A stretch of 64,000 nucleotides of DNA from assembly GCF_003918875.1 (NCBI RefSeq), contig NW_025766015.1:248001-312000 (forward strand), read 5' to 3'. Below the pieces are notes generated by a model. The model saw only the letters and a program-made list of their open reading frames with translations, did not search any database and was not told the DNA's origin. The position numbers and the translations under genes were made by a program. Below, piece by piece: positions 26,156 through 39,583 of the stretch (positions within the stretch are counted from its first letter, which is position 1; the number at the start of each line of letters is the position of its first letter). This DNA comes from Haliotis rubra. Lineage: Eukaryota.

Positions 26156-26416
26156 AGACGTAGTTAGAAGGGTAGTTTTCCAAGCTGAATGGTATTAGTG
26201 AACGTGCATATTTTCAATGAACTTCAGAATATACATATAGTTTTAAGGAATATAACACAAAACAAAACTCTCGTGATCTCACTTCGATATTGCAAACAAT
26301 GGCTTAAAAACAACATTCACACACAGAATATTGTTATCAAATACAGTTATATAGGAAAGGTTCAACACACATGTATATGCATTTAAAAGCGAGAAAACCG
26401 TTTCCGCACCCACAAA

Positions 26417-26587
26417 GTGAGTGGGTGAGTTTAGTTTTACGACGCTTTTAGCAATATTCCAGTAATATCACGGCGGGGGACACCAGAATTAGGGTTCACA
26501 CATTGTACCCATGTAGGGAATCAAACCCGGGTCTTTAGCGTGACGAGCGAACGCTTTAACCACTAGGCAAGGCTACCCTACCGCCCC
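26417..26587 (-). mobile_element. SINE family A, full length, abutting a (CA)n tract (26587-26647)
   Basis: Reverse-complement match to consensus. Confidence 0.92.
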
Positions 26588-26607
26588 ACACACACACACA
26601 CACAAAA

Positions 26608-26648
<41 letters not shown>

Positions 26649-28849
26649 TCACAAAGGAAACTCTGGCAAGATAGTCGACAGTCCAATTTCTACTACGTCA
26701 TGAGCACGTGTTTATGGATAAGTATCATGATGATTCCAGGTTTTCGCGAAAAGGTTAGCGAATCCTGCTCCAAAAGATAGCAATCTCACAAACACATGCA
26801 AAGGAACGTGTCACATAGAAATAACTATTCAGTTTTGTACTCATTCACCAGCATGGCTGGTCAAGCGAAATCTATTTGATGTTTACAAATTGGAAGTGAT
26901 TTCACCTCTGTGTCAAGTAGAAGCGGTGTCGGTGAATGTTCTCTTTAGCAGTGGTAACAATGAAATAAGAGCTCCTAACGAGAAGCAAGTGAGTGTTCTC
27001 CAATACTCCCATCTCTCGGCTGTGTATTTAGCAGGGAGAGACCCTCGGTGTAGATAATGTTGTCCAGTGGCAAGACTAACAAGTCGTGTCATTCCACACC
27101 GACATGCGTTAAACTTGTCACTGATCTATAACTACTTACTGCCACAAACCGGCAATTCAATTAACCGATTGACAGAAAAATGGGATAATTGTGGGAAATG
27201 TATATTCGATCATTGATCTTTGCTCATAACTTTGGGATTTGTTTCGCCGTTGGTCAGCGATGTAAATGGAGGCAAATCTGAGGATGATTAGTGGTCGTGG
27301 CTCTCATTGGCTTTTAGAGAGGATTTACAATCTAATGAACTCAGTGGTCAAGCTTTGATAGAAAATCTTTAACAATCGTTGCTTGATGAATCCCTTACCC
27401 GCCATATCTGCCTTGGCAAAGGAGGGTCCACTTCATCGCTGACCAGTAGTTGTCATGGCTGACATTTGTTTGTTGACCATCTCCTGCTTGTACTACAGAC
27501 ATCATTTACTTGACCAGACATGTGGCTCAACGTCTGGACTTCATGGCAAAGATGTATCTTGGTGGGGTCAACGAAAAGCAAAAATGTAACGTTAAAGCTG
27601 AAAATATTGTGTTATTTATTCAATTTTGCATTTTAATCTGTAGATCATTTACAGTACAAAATGTAAGCTCGATCGTAGTGTCTAGATATATAGATGATTT
27701 CTTGTCTCTTTTAACATTTATCAAATACCTTATTTTAATCGCAAATTTGACAACCAATCGAAGATGTTACATTTTACATGTATATCTCATTTAGGTTTTG
27801 TTGATCTCAAAGTACAGCCGTCCTACTGAAACAGTAAACATACAGAATCATGTTTCGGAACTAAACTGGGGAGCTAAATAACAAATATGGAGAAGTTGAT
27901 TTTGTCATGTTTCATTTTCAATTGAACATATCTTAAGTTAGCGACGTGGTATCCATAAAATAACCTTACTGACAACCTTACTGTCGCTTAGTGAAAACAC
28001 AGTAAATACTTTTTAAGAATTTCATTTATTTAAAAATGTTAAAAGATGTTTAGAATAATCGCTCATGCACAACTGCCGATATCTTAGACTTCTTAAATAT
28101 CAGACTTGAGTGAGTTTATTTCTTTCCTTCTCCCGGCACGCCGTTGTCCTCATAAAACGAAACCGTAAACGTGCTTCTAGGAGACAGTAATGTTTTCCTT
28201 CCAAAACTAATCAGTGAAAATACACCGTCATGCATCAAACGACATATCGATTTCATCACAAAAATACACAGTATACATACAGCTTTTAAATGTTATATAC
28301 TACTTTTCGTACACAATGTCTTATAAACGATACTATGTCTAAGAGACATACCACTCTCCTGACAAAACTAAACAATAGACTTTACGACATGCAAAGACAT
28401 ACTGCTTTCCTAAAAGCGCAAACAAAAACAACACCTAAAATCATACATTTTTCCTTACAAAACTAACAATAAACACTTTCTGAAATACATACTGCTTTCA
28501 TAACAATATTTAACAATAAACATTATCTGAAAGATATAATAATACTTTCCTTACAAACAATGCAAGACGAGACGTTTCATTTATTTAAAAGACATATCCC
28601 GTTCTCAAACAAGAACTTAAAACACACACACACACACAACATTATGTATATAACAGATAATATTAACAAGTTGAACTGTAACTGATAGCTTTTAAAATAC
28701 TGGCAAGGACACATTTCCAAAATGCATAGATTTTCGTCAATTTGATATCGAACACGACTAGACAGTTTATTTGTCAATCCATATGATTGAGTGACTGGAA
28801 TCCATATGATTGAGTGACTGGCGAGTTATGTCGTCTTCAAAATGTACCG

Positions 28850-29400
28850 AAACAGAAAACTGTCAAATATGGAACTGATAAAACCCATTCCATTTTATCC
28901 CGTCGTTCGATATTCTGTTAGTAATCGCTCGGAATGGCTCTCAAATGATTTAGAGCGGTTTTTATATGGAATACATCCCGGTTACTTCTACCAGCACTTT
29001 ATGGAAATGCTTTTAAAGTTCTTATTCTACATGTAAAAACTGTTTGAGTATATAGATAAAAATGATATTTTATTCATTGAGTTTGTTACGGTGCCAAGGG
29101 ATTAACTTCCTTCGCGGTGTATAGTTCATCATACCACTGTTTCAATCTTCTTTGCTTGCAATATCTCATTCGTTTCCTACATTTTAACATACAGGGTTTG
29201 GAATAATTGGCCAATTTGTCTGAGGCGGAAGTCATGAACGAGGAAACCTCAAAACCCACATCGTTCGTTATTTGACCATACATGCTCTACATACATCTTT
29301 CCAAATAATAATGTTGTTCCATACCATTGTGAGCCTTCGGTCTCGTATAAGCCAATTCAGTTCTTTGATCTTACAACGAGAATTGTAGCGTGTCTAGAGC
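28850..29400 (-). mobile_element. Highly decayed LINE ORF2 C-terminal remnant
   Basis: Frameshifted peptides RRLTMVWNNII and RRLKQWYDELY resemble the post-RT region of non-LTR elements. Confidence 0.3.
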
Positions 29401-30089
29401 TTGTGAACACGTTGTGGCATAAAAAGAATTCCCATGGTTACCAGTCTTTGATGCATGCGTTTATGAAGGGAACAAGCCAAATCGGTTTCACTGTAGTGTA
29501 CCACAAGGCGGTGTCTCACTGGTAACATTATCCGAATCGGCGAGTGAGTCTATCATCCTACATGGAAGAAAACGCAAGTGTAGTCATTACATGAAATTAC
29601 TGTTTTACACATCCAACACTAACAGCTGCCTGGCCTTATATAACACCACCGGGGCCGACTATGATCTTTCAGCTGATGGTACAAGCACAGGAATGGACAT
29701 GAATTGTCGTCTTTAAGTTATTATCAGAAACGTTACCCACCGGAACTCCATGCTGGTGCCATTTTCACCTTTCTAAAGCATAATTGCCATGCCTATTGTG
29801 ACTGCTTCTATTAAAGACGTACATACTTGCAGTGTTAATTCTACGATGTAATGCTCTGGTATATCTGACAACACTGCGTTAACGTATTCATTAAGGACAC
29901 GTGAGATTTGTACAGGATATGGCGTGTAGCCGGGATTAAAAGGAATGTCCAGTAGAGATTACATTTCCGTTACCATTTCGTCTTAAGTCTGCTTGCTGTG
30001 CAGAAATAGTTCCAATACGATATTCGTAATGTGAATCTAGCGCTTGGAACAAGTTGGCTTTGACCAATCAGGGTTGTGTACATGTCACG

Positions 30090-30620
30090 TTACTTTATTC
30101 AGCGGATCCTGGCGATTTGGCGACTCCGCTCTACGGGGTTAGATGTAACGTACCAGACCTCAAGGACATCCTAGCTTACCATTAGCGGATCCTGGCCATT
30201 CAGACTCTCCGCTCTACGGGGCTAGATGTAACGTACCAGACCTCAAGGACATCCTACCTTTAGCGGACCCATTCAGACACTCCGCTCTACGGGGCTAGGA
30301 TCCTGGCCAGCTTCAGATCCTGGCCATTCAGACACTCCGCTCTACGGGGCTAGATGTAACGTACCAGACCTCAAGGACATCCTATAACTTACATTGGCGG
30401 ATCCTGGCCATTCAGACACTCGGATCCTGTAACGTCCATTTAGGACATCCTACCTTACCATTAGCGGATCTAGGTCCGCTCTACGGGGCTAGATGTAACG
30501 TACCAGACCTCAAGGACATCAGCACAAGCGGATCCTGGTCATTTAGGCTAGGTGTAGCATATCTGGCCACCCGGATACCCTAGACTCCCATACCTACATT
30601 AGCGGATCCTGACATCCGTA
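30090..30620. repeat. Irregular ~83-bp tandem repeat (agcggatcctggccattcagacactccgctctacggggctagatgtaacgtaccagacctcaaggacatcc...)
   Basis: Units start at 30101 and 30184, followed by deleted or rearranged copies. Confidence 0.88.
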
Positions 30621-30889
30621 GATTCAGGGGGACAATAGTATAGGTCTCGAGTACATCAATACTTGTCGTGATATCTAACTGATGAGAATGTGGTAGTAAT
30701 TTGTAATTTCATATATGGTCATACTATGACGTCATTGTTCGCTGCTCATGCTATCAGCCATGCCTTTGCTTTGTCGGCAGAATATTCATAGGCTGCCGTT
30801 CACACATAGTATAAGATAAGCTGATTATTGCGTTCTTCGTCGAATAAGTGTCATCATTATATAGGCATAAAGATTGAATGTGACAGAAA

Positions 30890-31456
30890 ATACCCACAAG
30901 ACACTACGAGGAGCGTGACGTTGTGTTTCCAGTAGTCAACCTTCCTGTAATATTTGGTCGTGATCCCATCGGCTCTCAAGCCTTTCGAGTTGACCTTAAG
31001 GTAGTATGCCCTTTCTATGAAGATTTCAAAGAGCACAATATTACTTTAAAGTCGTTTGATGACGCTTACAGCATTCAAAGCCTTGTTAAAGCTTTCGGAA
31101 ATGTGTTATGGCAGACATTTCACGCATCACTGACTAAACTGATGTCCAATACTAAACCTATGTGTACTTGTACCATATGTCCTGTGTTTGTAGGTGAACA
31201 CTTGACCTGCCTTAACATGTGTTTGTTATGGAGTGAGTGAGTATGGTTTTACGCAATATTCCAGCAATATCACGCGGGGGACACCAGAAATGGGCTTCAC
31301 ACATTGTACCTATGTGGGACATTGTACCCATGTGGGAAATCGAACCCAGGCCTTCGGCGTGACGAGCGAAAGCTTTAACCCTAGGCTACGCCACCGCCCT
31401 GTTTGTTATGGTGCAGGATACGCTCACTTTCAGTAAACACATGGTGTTATCGCTGT
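30890..31456 (+). mobile_element. Penelope-like 3' fragment interrupted by a SINE
   Basis: HYEERDVVFPVVNLP...YEDFKEH...HASLTKLM; terminal motif at 31410-31456; SINE inserted at 31232-31399. Confidence 0.7.
31232..31399 (-). mobile_element. SINE family A with 12-bp TSD
   Basis: TSD tgtttgttatgg at 31220-31231 and 31400-31411; short internal duplication acattgtacc... Confidence 0.95.
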
Positions 31457-32502
31457 TTAAAAGTGATTCATAACACATGCTTACCATAATGTCGAAATCG
31501 TACAGTCGTTTCTTCATTTAGCAGAGTTTTGCTTATAGTAATAAATGACGTTGCTCATATCAAGATGTAGTGAATATCTATAGGACAGGGACCATGAGTG
31601 GAGATAACGGTAAATGAACGAACGGGTTATTCTGTTCATGAATCTGGGTTTGTCAGTGAGGTTATCTACACGCTTCCACGCTCAGTGATACAGTTGTATA
31701 TATCACTCCGCGAACCTAAATGATTGTCACCTGTAGGGCAGAACCTCGGAAAGTTTTTCCACGCCAACAATTGCCGTTGGAACATCGCTAAAGTTTCCTG
31801 AGAATGCAAGACTGTGTTATATAATGAAGGCTGGGTCTGCAGAAATGTTAGTATAGTCTTCTTCTCTCCTGGAACAGGTGCCCGTTGATTCAACACGACA
31901 CGGAATTGGAAGTAATACCATTACCGCTCTCCTTAAACACCCAGCTGAGGAAAAAACATTCCCGACAATCGAGAGGAACCTCTTCTGTAGGTCCTGTGGA
32001 AGGCGGGCAGACATGTTTTTCGATCGCTTTTCCCTAAGAGCTCTTTCCAAACCACTTGGAAATCGCCAAGATCGTTTTGGTCTCCTTCAGATTTAAATTG
32101 ATGGAGTCACGTACCGACTCGATGAAAAAGACATAATGATTGTCTCTTTTCTAGAAGTGTCTGTTTGTAAAAAGCAGATTGGGCTCACGGGACTGTCAAT
32201 GAAAGAGGCAACCCTTCCTTCCCAGAAACACCCGTCAATGTGTTTAATCATCCACCATGAAATAAGTAGAACCTGATTGAATTCGGAAACCGCAAATAAA
32301 TCCGCAGTTTATTGACGTAACATTTTTAAATAATATCCATGCATGGGTGGGATATTGGACGATAGGCGCCGTTGTCCTGTGGCCATATTGAAATGTTCAA
32401 TAACGTCAAATCGTGGCAGATTTTTGTTAATTTTCTAACCACTTTACATGCGTTACTGAATGAAATAGTTCAGGAAGAACGTGCAGTCTAATTTGATCAT
32501 GA

Positions 32503-32668
32503 GGCTGTGGGGTCTCCTTGTGGCTAAAGCGTTTGCTTGTCACGCTGTAGGTCAGAGTTCGATTCCCACATGGGTTCACAATTTGTGACGCCCGCTACTG
32601 GAGTCCAGCTCCGTGATATTTACAGAATGTTGATGTGAGTGACATAAAGACCGTTCAGCTACTCACTC
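32503..32668 (+). mobile_element. Decayed SINE A (similar decayed or partial copies near 2912-3045, 19068-19220, 23270-23360, 34713-34795, 48047-48160)
   Basis: Residual gtggctaaagcgtttgcttgtcacgc...gttcgattccca. Confidence 0.7.
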
Positions 32669-33587
32669 AAAGGCAGGATACAACGAATTTAAACGAAGTC
32701 TTACCCCAGGGTTTGTAACGAACGTTACTAGACGATAAACGAACATCGTTTACGTCACATCATGAGCTCGAGTATTCACAGTGGATTCGCTTCATCATCT
32801 TATAATTGGGTATTCAAAGATGAGGTTTTTTTAATAGTTATTCTCTGGTGAACGTCGAAAAGGAGAGAAAGTTCATCGCATTATAACGAGGCGTATTGTA
32901 TCATCATAGTTACTTCTTTATATCATTTAATCATATTGTAAAACCACGGTATTTTGTCTTCGGTTCGGTTTTCCGTAAATGCAATCCAAAACTTCCGTAT
33001 TTTCGGTTTTCGTACCGCCATTTTATTAACCTTTTGAAACCTTTCTAAAATATCTGGAAATCTATCTATAAGTTTGGCTCTTGTCAATTCTTTTCTTCTT
33101 CTTCTTCAGTAGTTTTTCAGTACACAAAGAGCAAAAGCTTTGCTGATTATAGAATGAAGTGTGAATGGAGCGGATGGGGATCGGTTATTGGAATTACTAC
33201 ACGAAGAACAGAAATCCTCCTTTGAAATACTAGTACATGATTTGGATAACTCTTCATTGGTTAACCATCAACCACCGTTGTTTACATTGCTGAACATAGG
33301 GCTGAACATGTCAGCGCGAACCTCTTCCTCTTTAGCAGCATGCTAAGTATGGTAAGGTAAGAGCAGTTACTGACAAACACATACAAGAGAAACACACATG
33401 CTCACAAAAACATGTACACACTCAAGCAAAACACACACGCTAGCAGATAAACAAGACGGAAGCAAAACCGATCACACACCCGACCGCAAATACATACGTA
33501 CACGCTTCGTCTATGCAAGCAAAGCCACACATATACACACGGATACAAAAACACACGTACAAATGTAGGCAAACTACGCACACGAGG

Positions 33588-34078
33588 CATACACACTATT
33601 CCAACACACTATTCCAACACACCTATACGCACACATTACGTCTACTGCATAAGAATGCATATATATCCGTGACAGGAATCCATCATACATTTGATAGCAT
33701 ACACACTATTCCAACACACCTATACGCACACACTACGTCTACTGCATAAGAATGCATACATATCCGTGACAGGAATCCATCATACATTTGAAAGCATACA
33801 CACTATTCCAACACACCTATACGCACACACTACGTCTACGTCTAAGAATGCATACATATCCGTGACAGAATCCATCACATTTGATAGCATACACACTGAC
33901 CAGGACACCTTTACGCATCACTACGTCTTGATAAGCATGCACACATATCTGTGACAGGAATCCATCATACATTTGAAAGCATACACACTATTCCAACAGA
34001 CCTATACGCACACACTACGTCTACTGCATAAGAATGCATACATATCCGTGACAGGAATCCATCATACATTTGATAGCA
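33588..34078. repeat. ~97-bp tandem repeat x ~5
   Basis: gacaggaatc at 33671 and 33768 and onward. Confidence 0.92.
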
Positions 34079-36534
34079 TTGAGTGAGTGAGTTTAGTTCT
34101 ACGCCGCACTCAGAAATATTCCAGCTATATGGCGGTGATAGCATTGAAGAATGTTGACAGGTAAAGACAATACTTAAGGCCATTACTTACTTATGTAAAC
34201 ATTTTATTTGGTATGGGGTTATTAAGAAATGTCATCAAGGTACACGAAAATGACTAATCAAAGTTGGACGAATCAAAGGATATATATGTAATATGTGACT
34301 GCTATTGGATGAAGGATCATTAAGGGACGGCTATCAAAGTAAATCCTTTAAGGAGCTATCCAGCTTTGTATATGCGTGTGGACCAAGCTATAATAACATG
34401 ATTAGAGTTGCAGGTATGATAAACAGTATTATTATCAATCTTTGATGGATAGACATCTCGGACAAAGTTCATTGCTTGGGTTTCATTGTGCCAATCACAT
34501 CTACGTTTTGGCTTTTTCATTGGAAAACCGTTTTCGTGAATGTTGACCCTGGCACGGTACCCCACTTTGTTTTGGTTAAGTAATGGAATGGAAAGATTTG
34601 TTAATATATTAGAAACATTAAATACCTTAGTAGTTAATCATACAAGCTACCATAGAGCTCAGGTATATAGAACGGATGCATGTACGTTTAAATGAAGTCT
34701 AATCTTATCAAAGAGGCTGTGGGCTATTTGTGTGTCTTGTAGCTAAAGTGTTTGCTCAATACGCCAGAAGCTAGAGTTCGATTCCCACATTGGTATGCAT
34801 ACTGATTTTCATAGATTCCCATACTCGATTCCAAAACCATTTATCAGTGTTTGCAAAGTATTATGTATGGTTAAGTAGTACAAATATAGAGTACAATGCA
34901 ATGCAACGGAACGCAAAGCAATACAATACAATGCAGTATAATAGAAAACAGAAAAACAATTTATACCAAATGTTCAATGCGGGTAAGGAAGATCTGTATA
35001 AACTACAAGCGATGGGTTTTCTTTCTGGCTTCAATGACGGTATATTTCCACTTCACTTTTGAGTGTAAATGTTTACATGTATCTGTGTATTATTTCAGCT
35101 GAATATTTTTTGTAGCATTCATATCCCATCTTCACTAAAAAGAACCACTCAGCCTACATATCCATACAAGAGCTATTGATTGAAGAAAAAGATGGTTACT
35201 TTATTAATGAAAAAACTATTACAGATCCTCAGCACGCTTATAATATTTTGCTAACAAGCTTTTTACAAGTAGATTATTTGTCTGTGACCTTGATGATTAA
35301 TGGGAGCGTTGACAAAGCTATTAATAATTCATCGTTTACAATTGCAAAGTGCCCTGTAATCGAATGTACCGAGAGAAGTGAAAGACTTTGGGTTATTGGC
35401 ATCGAATGAAAAGGGACAGGTATTAATGACGGTATTAATAATCAATGGTTACGGATTCTAAATTGCCAGGTATTCACTGGAGTCATGATATTGCTCTCGA
35501 GTGCGTTTATTGTCTTAGAAAGTGACCTCTAATTATTTTGAGAATCCGTTCAAGGTCTAATCAAATGGGACTACCAACCTAGATACAATGCAAGTGCGAT
35601 TGTGACGATGTCCGTTAGATCGTTGTAACATATAAAGAATTTGGTCTTAGATGAATTTGTGAGAACAATGAAGCATAAGATATAAGTACAGTACCGTTGC
35701 CCAAATATACAGACTTTGTAAGGGCAAAACGTTCGACTGCAGCTAAAAATAAATATTCAGTTTCAGTAACATAAGTCACAAAAAGACTGCTTGTCTGATA
35801 AACGTTTCCGACTCTTGCATAAGTTTGTGTTAATGAATTGGTATCAAACCGTGATGATATCAGATGTTTGTAAAATACTTGAGCGTATTCAACTTAATGG
35901 GTGGTATCCGTCACAAATACATGTAAATGCAAGGCAAGTGTTCATCTGACTTACAAAACGGCAACACATGGATGGTACAAGGTAAAACATCGGACATATT
36001 TGTGGTCACTGAGGCTTTGATTTGTGTAACCCTGATCAAAATTCATTTGAGCAAGCGTTCTGTCAAAGAAAGATTGTTTCTTATAATCATGAAATATCGA
36101 CAGAAGGGGCAGGAGATGATGGAGCTGAGGAGTTGAGGAGTACTGATGTTCGACTTAAACGGAAAAATCAATTAAAAGTCATCACCCTTTTCATACTGTC
36201 TCTCGTGTATATTTTTGTCACTGTTTACGCAAAAATCATGAAATATAATTCTAATAAAGCTGTTTTCATGGTTGAATAAACATTTGAATTATCTGTCTGA
36301 CTTCAAATAAAAGAAGTTGGCTCATCAGTATACCCGAGGCTCATGTTAAATATTTAGATCAGATTCCTTGCTGCGGAATGACTGTTCGTGTGTAATTGGT
36401 GCTCAAGAGGTTATTTACTTGTTATGTCTGAATATTGAATGCTATTTTAAACTGATGTAATCTGAGAGCATGTCTGGCAGTTCCCGCAATGTCTTCTTCT
36501 GAGTACACTCATCAGATTTGTTTGTTTTTGATGT

Positions 36535-36900
36535 TGTGGTGTGTGGTCCTGTGCATAGAGCTCAGGTCACAAATCAGTTCAAGTTAAGCAACGTTGGGTG
36601 CGGAGAGTCCTTGGATGGGTGACGTGTTTGGCACCTGACTCCTGAGAGTTTCTAGTCCTGCTCCACAACGAAGCACATGTGATACATGTGGTCTCACCTT
36701 AGGCAAGTGAGTTTTTCAAAATTGCCTCTATTCACCAAGCAGAAAGTGGGTACCCGGTGGAACAGGTCATGCGACTATAACGTTTTAGCGCCCAACAGGC
36801 AACTTGGGTTATCCGGGTTAATAGTGTCTTAGAGCTTTGAGCATTCACAAGTATGTGGAATTATACGCTTTATAAATGGCCATTATGATATTATTTATTT
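36535..36900 (+). mobile_element. Chimeric SINE: 5S-rRNA-derived segment, CORE-like body, L2-like tail
   Basis: aagttaagcaacgttgggtgcggagagtccttggatgggtgac (36581-36623) resembles the 5S internal control region; ccttaggcaagt...tgggtaccc is CORE-like; tail ttgagca...cgctttataaat...attatt. Confidence 0.7.
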
Positions 36901-37879
36901 TAATTATTTATATATAAATGTTATATTATCTAAGGCCACCACGTTTTGGGATGAACTGTTTTTGTTCTTTAACGCCACACTGTTCCAGCTCAGAGATGGC
37001 GGTCTGTTAATAATGGAGCCTCACTGACATCATGAGCATATATCTTCACTATTAGAATACGAAAACAGGGATCAGACAAGACACCAAGCATTACACAATC
37101 CCGTTAGTCGCCTTTTACAACAAGCATAAGTTGCTAACCATTCTGACTCGGTTGAAGTGATGAATAAAATATGGATCCAGGTTGAAGTTTTTCCTCACGT
37201 TTCTCGTGAACACTGGTCAAACGTGTTATTTTATGTTAAGTTCCTCGTGTTATTCATAATCCCTATTTCATTGTTGAAATCTGATTGTTGCCACACCATA
37301 CATCACTACCTATACGACTGATGCACTTAATCATTGGGTTAACGGCCCATTGATATACTTTCCCTTTCATCAAAGCAATTTTTCTTCACCTCCAGCCTTT
37401 GGTGTCCACTTTTAACATCTTTTGAGGTAGAATCAATCACATTCCTTCTGGGAAAATTTCTAAGCGCGTCAAGCGACTCTATTGCTCAAAAGCTGCTTGA
37501 TCAAAGTTATAACCTAAGCTTAAGTAAAGCATCTAAAATGAAAGGGAAAGCCATTAGAATTTCACTGCGCAAATAGTATATAAAATGCTGGATCGAATAC
37601 ATCTATCTCCAAGATTGGGAGCAAGCGATCTAGGCAACAAGTGCGCACCCCTACAGGCACCAGTTGTGCTCCCCTTCATGTATAGGAATCCGAATTTCTG
37701 CGATTTGGGCAACGTCAAAACAAGTCAATGTGGTCAAGAGGTTGGTGGGTATACCAATGCCCTGTTAACATCAAATAGATAATTCCCTATTGACTCATAT
37801 GAGCTAGAAATAAAGAGGCCAATGAGACCGCTTCATCTGTTGTATTTTAAGACCTGTGATAAATAATAATGAGTGACAA

Positions 37880-38310
37880 ACAAAATGGTTGAACAAAACT
37901 GAATGACAAGCAGGATGACTTCAACTTTCCAATAGTCAATTTTTCCCTCGAGCAATATCTCTGCAGCTCCAGCCTGTGGTGTTTACATTTCACAACTTTT
38001 GAGGTGCAATCGAGCATGCTGCTTTAACCAAGATTTCAAAAGAGCGTCATGTGACTCTTGTTCAGAATTTGTTTGATCAAGGTTACAACATTCAAGACCT
38101 CAATAAAACCTTCAAACAGTTTTATGGGCAGAACATTTCCGGATTATACGCATCAGTGACAAAAATGATGCCCGATACAATTCTCCATTTTGACTTCCAT
38201 ATGTTCCCGTCTTTTGATTAGGTGAACAATTAGTCACCTTTGCATTTGTTCGGCGCCAGATGGGACAGGATACGCTCACCTTTTCTCGAACACCTTGTAT
38301 CATCGCTGCT
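37880..38310 (+). mobile_element. Penelope-like element 3' fragment
   Basis: KLNDKQDDFNFPIVNF...SNISAAPACGVYISQLLR...LFDQGYNIQDLNKTFKQFYG followed by the conserved terminal motif caggatacgctcacc...aacacc. Confidence 0.85.
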
Positions 38311-38612
38311 TGATATTAATTCATAAACACATGCTCATTCCATAGTCAGAATCGCCTATCCTTTTGGCAGAGATATTGGAAGGATGGTGCCAGATATATT
38401 TTCATGGAAACATGTTGAGCTCATTTCCAGATTTGATTCAGTAATTAAAATTATATTCCTATGTTTTAAGGTGAACAAATTACTTACCTTCCGCGGGAAA
38501 AGAATTAATTCTTTCGCAAACACATGGTTTCACCACTCTCTGATAGTGATTCACAGGACAAACTCAATATATAGCTGTAATATGTACAATGTACTCTACT
38601 ATTGGTAGGGAT

Positions 38613-38762
38613 GAGGCGTAGGGTAGCCTAGAGGTTAAAGCATTCGCTTGTCGCGGCAAAGGCCCGGGTTCCATTCCCCACATGTGTTACAATGTGTGAA
38701 GCCCAGTTCTGGTGTCCCCGCTAAAAGCGACGTAAAGCCATACCCACTCACTCACTCACTCA
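38613..38762 (+). mobile_element. SINE family A
   Basis: Head, body and (actc)n tail match. Confidence 0.88.
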
Positions 38763-39219
38763 ATTTTTAGTGATGTGTTGTTAACATTGTTTATGCCATG
38801 TATGTCAAATGCCTAGGACTCCAGGACTCCAGCAGGTTTAGACAATGAGTGCACCGACATATTGCTTACGTATGTCATGCAGAATAAGAGTGTTTCTTCT
38901 TTTCCCTCAAGTCTTTCTGCCGTCGGGGGTAAATCGGGTAAATTCAGCTTGATTAATCATATGGAAAGAGTTCTGTCTCATATTAAAAAGAGGCCGAAAA
39001 ACGTCAATATAAGATGTCGATGACCTGAGGAAGAAGACCTTAAGAAAATGGAACACAGATATATGGCAGAGGTTTATGTATAAACAAGTCTCTCTCTTTA
39101 TCTCTAGTAAAATATTCGTGATAACTAATGTCAAGACCGTTTGCTAAGTCTTAACAGAAGGAGTATAATACAATTACCAAGCTAAGACATTACACAACTG
39201 TGTAACAGAGTATGTGTGC

Positions 39220-39223
<4 letters not shown>

Positions 39224-39309
<86 letters not shown>

Positions 39310-39583
39310 ATCGCTCTCGCTCTTTCATTCGCTGTATCAATCTCAATGTCTCTCCCTCTCTTGTCTATCTCCGTTCTCTTACCATCCCTCTCTCTAGCAT
39401 TTTGCTCTCTACTTGATCTCCTTCTCTCTCCCCTTCTCTCTCTTCCTTCTGCATCTGCTCTCGCTCTTCCCCTCTCTCTCTCTCTTTCTCTCTTCTTCTG
39501 CCTCCACATCTCTCACTTCCTCTCTCTCTCTCTTTCACTCTTCCTTCTACCTCTGCATCTCTCTGTCTCTCTCTCTCTTTCTC
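39224..39583. repeat. (CT)n microsatellite plus CT-rich composite repeat
   Basis: ~80 bp of pure (CT)n, then a near-identical match to 14660-14945. Confidence 0.92.

Noticed and set aside
27251-27445. Small MITE defined by the 12-bp inverted repeat tggtcagcgatg
   Set aside because: Short arms, no TSD and a single instance; insufficient support.
28777-28821. ~22-bp direct duplication atccatatgattgagtgactgg
   Set aside because: Simple tandem slippage with no inserted element.
33121-33351. Plus-strand coding exon
   Set aside because: Strong acceptor and ATG|GTAAGG donor, but stops in all frames; at most a non-coding or 5' UTR exon.
36581-36623. 5S rRNA gene
   Set aside because: Only a diverged ~45-nt ICR segment, embedded in a SINE-like structure.
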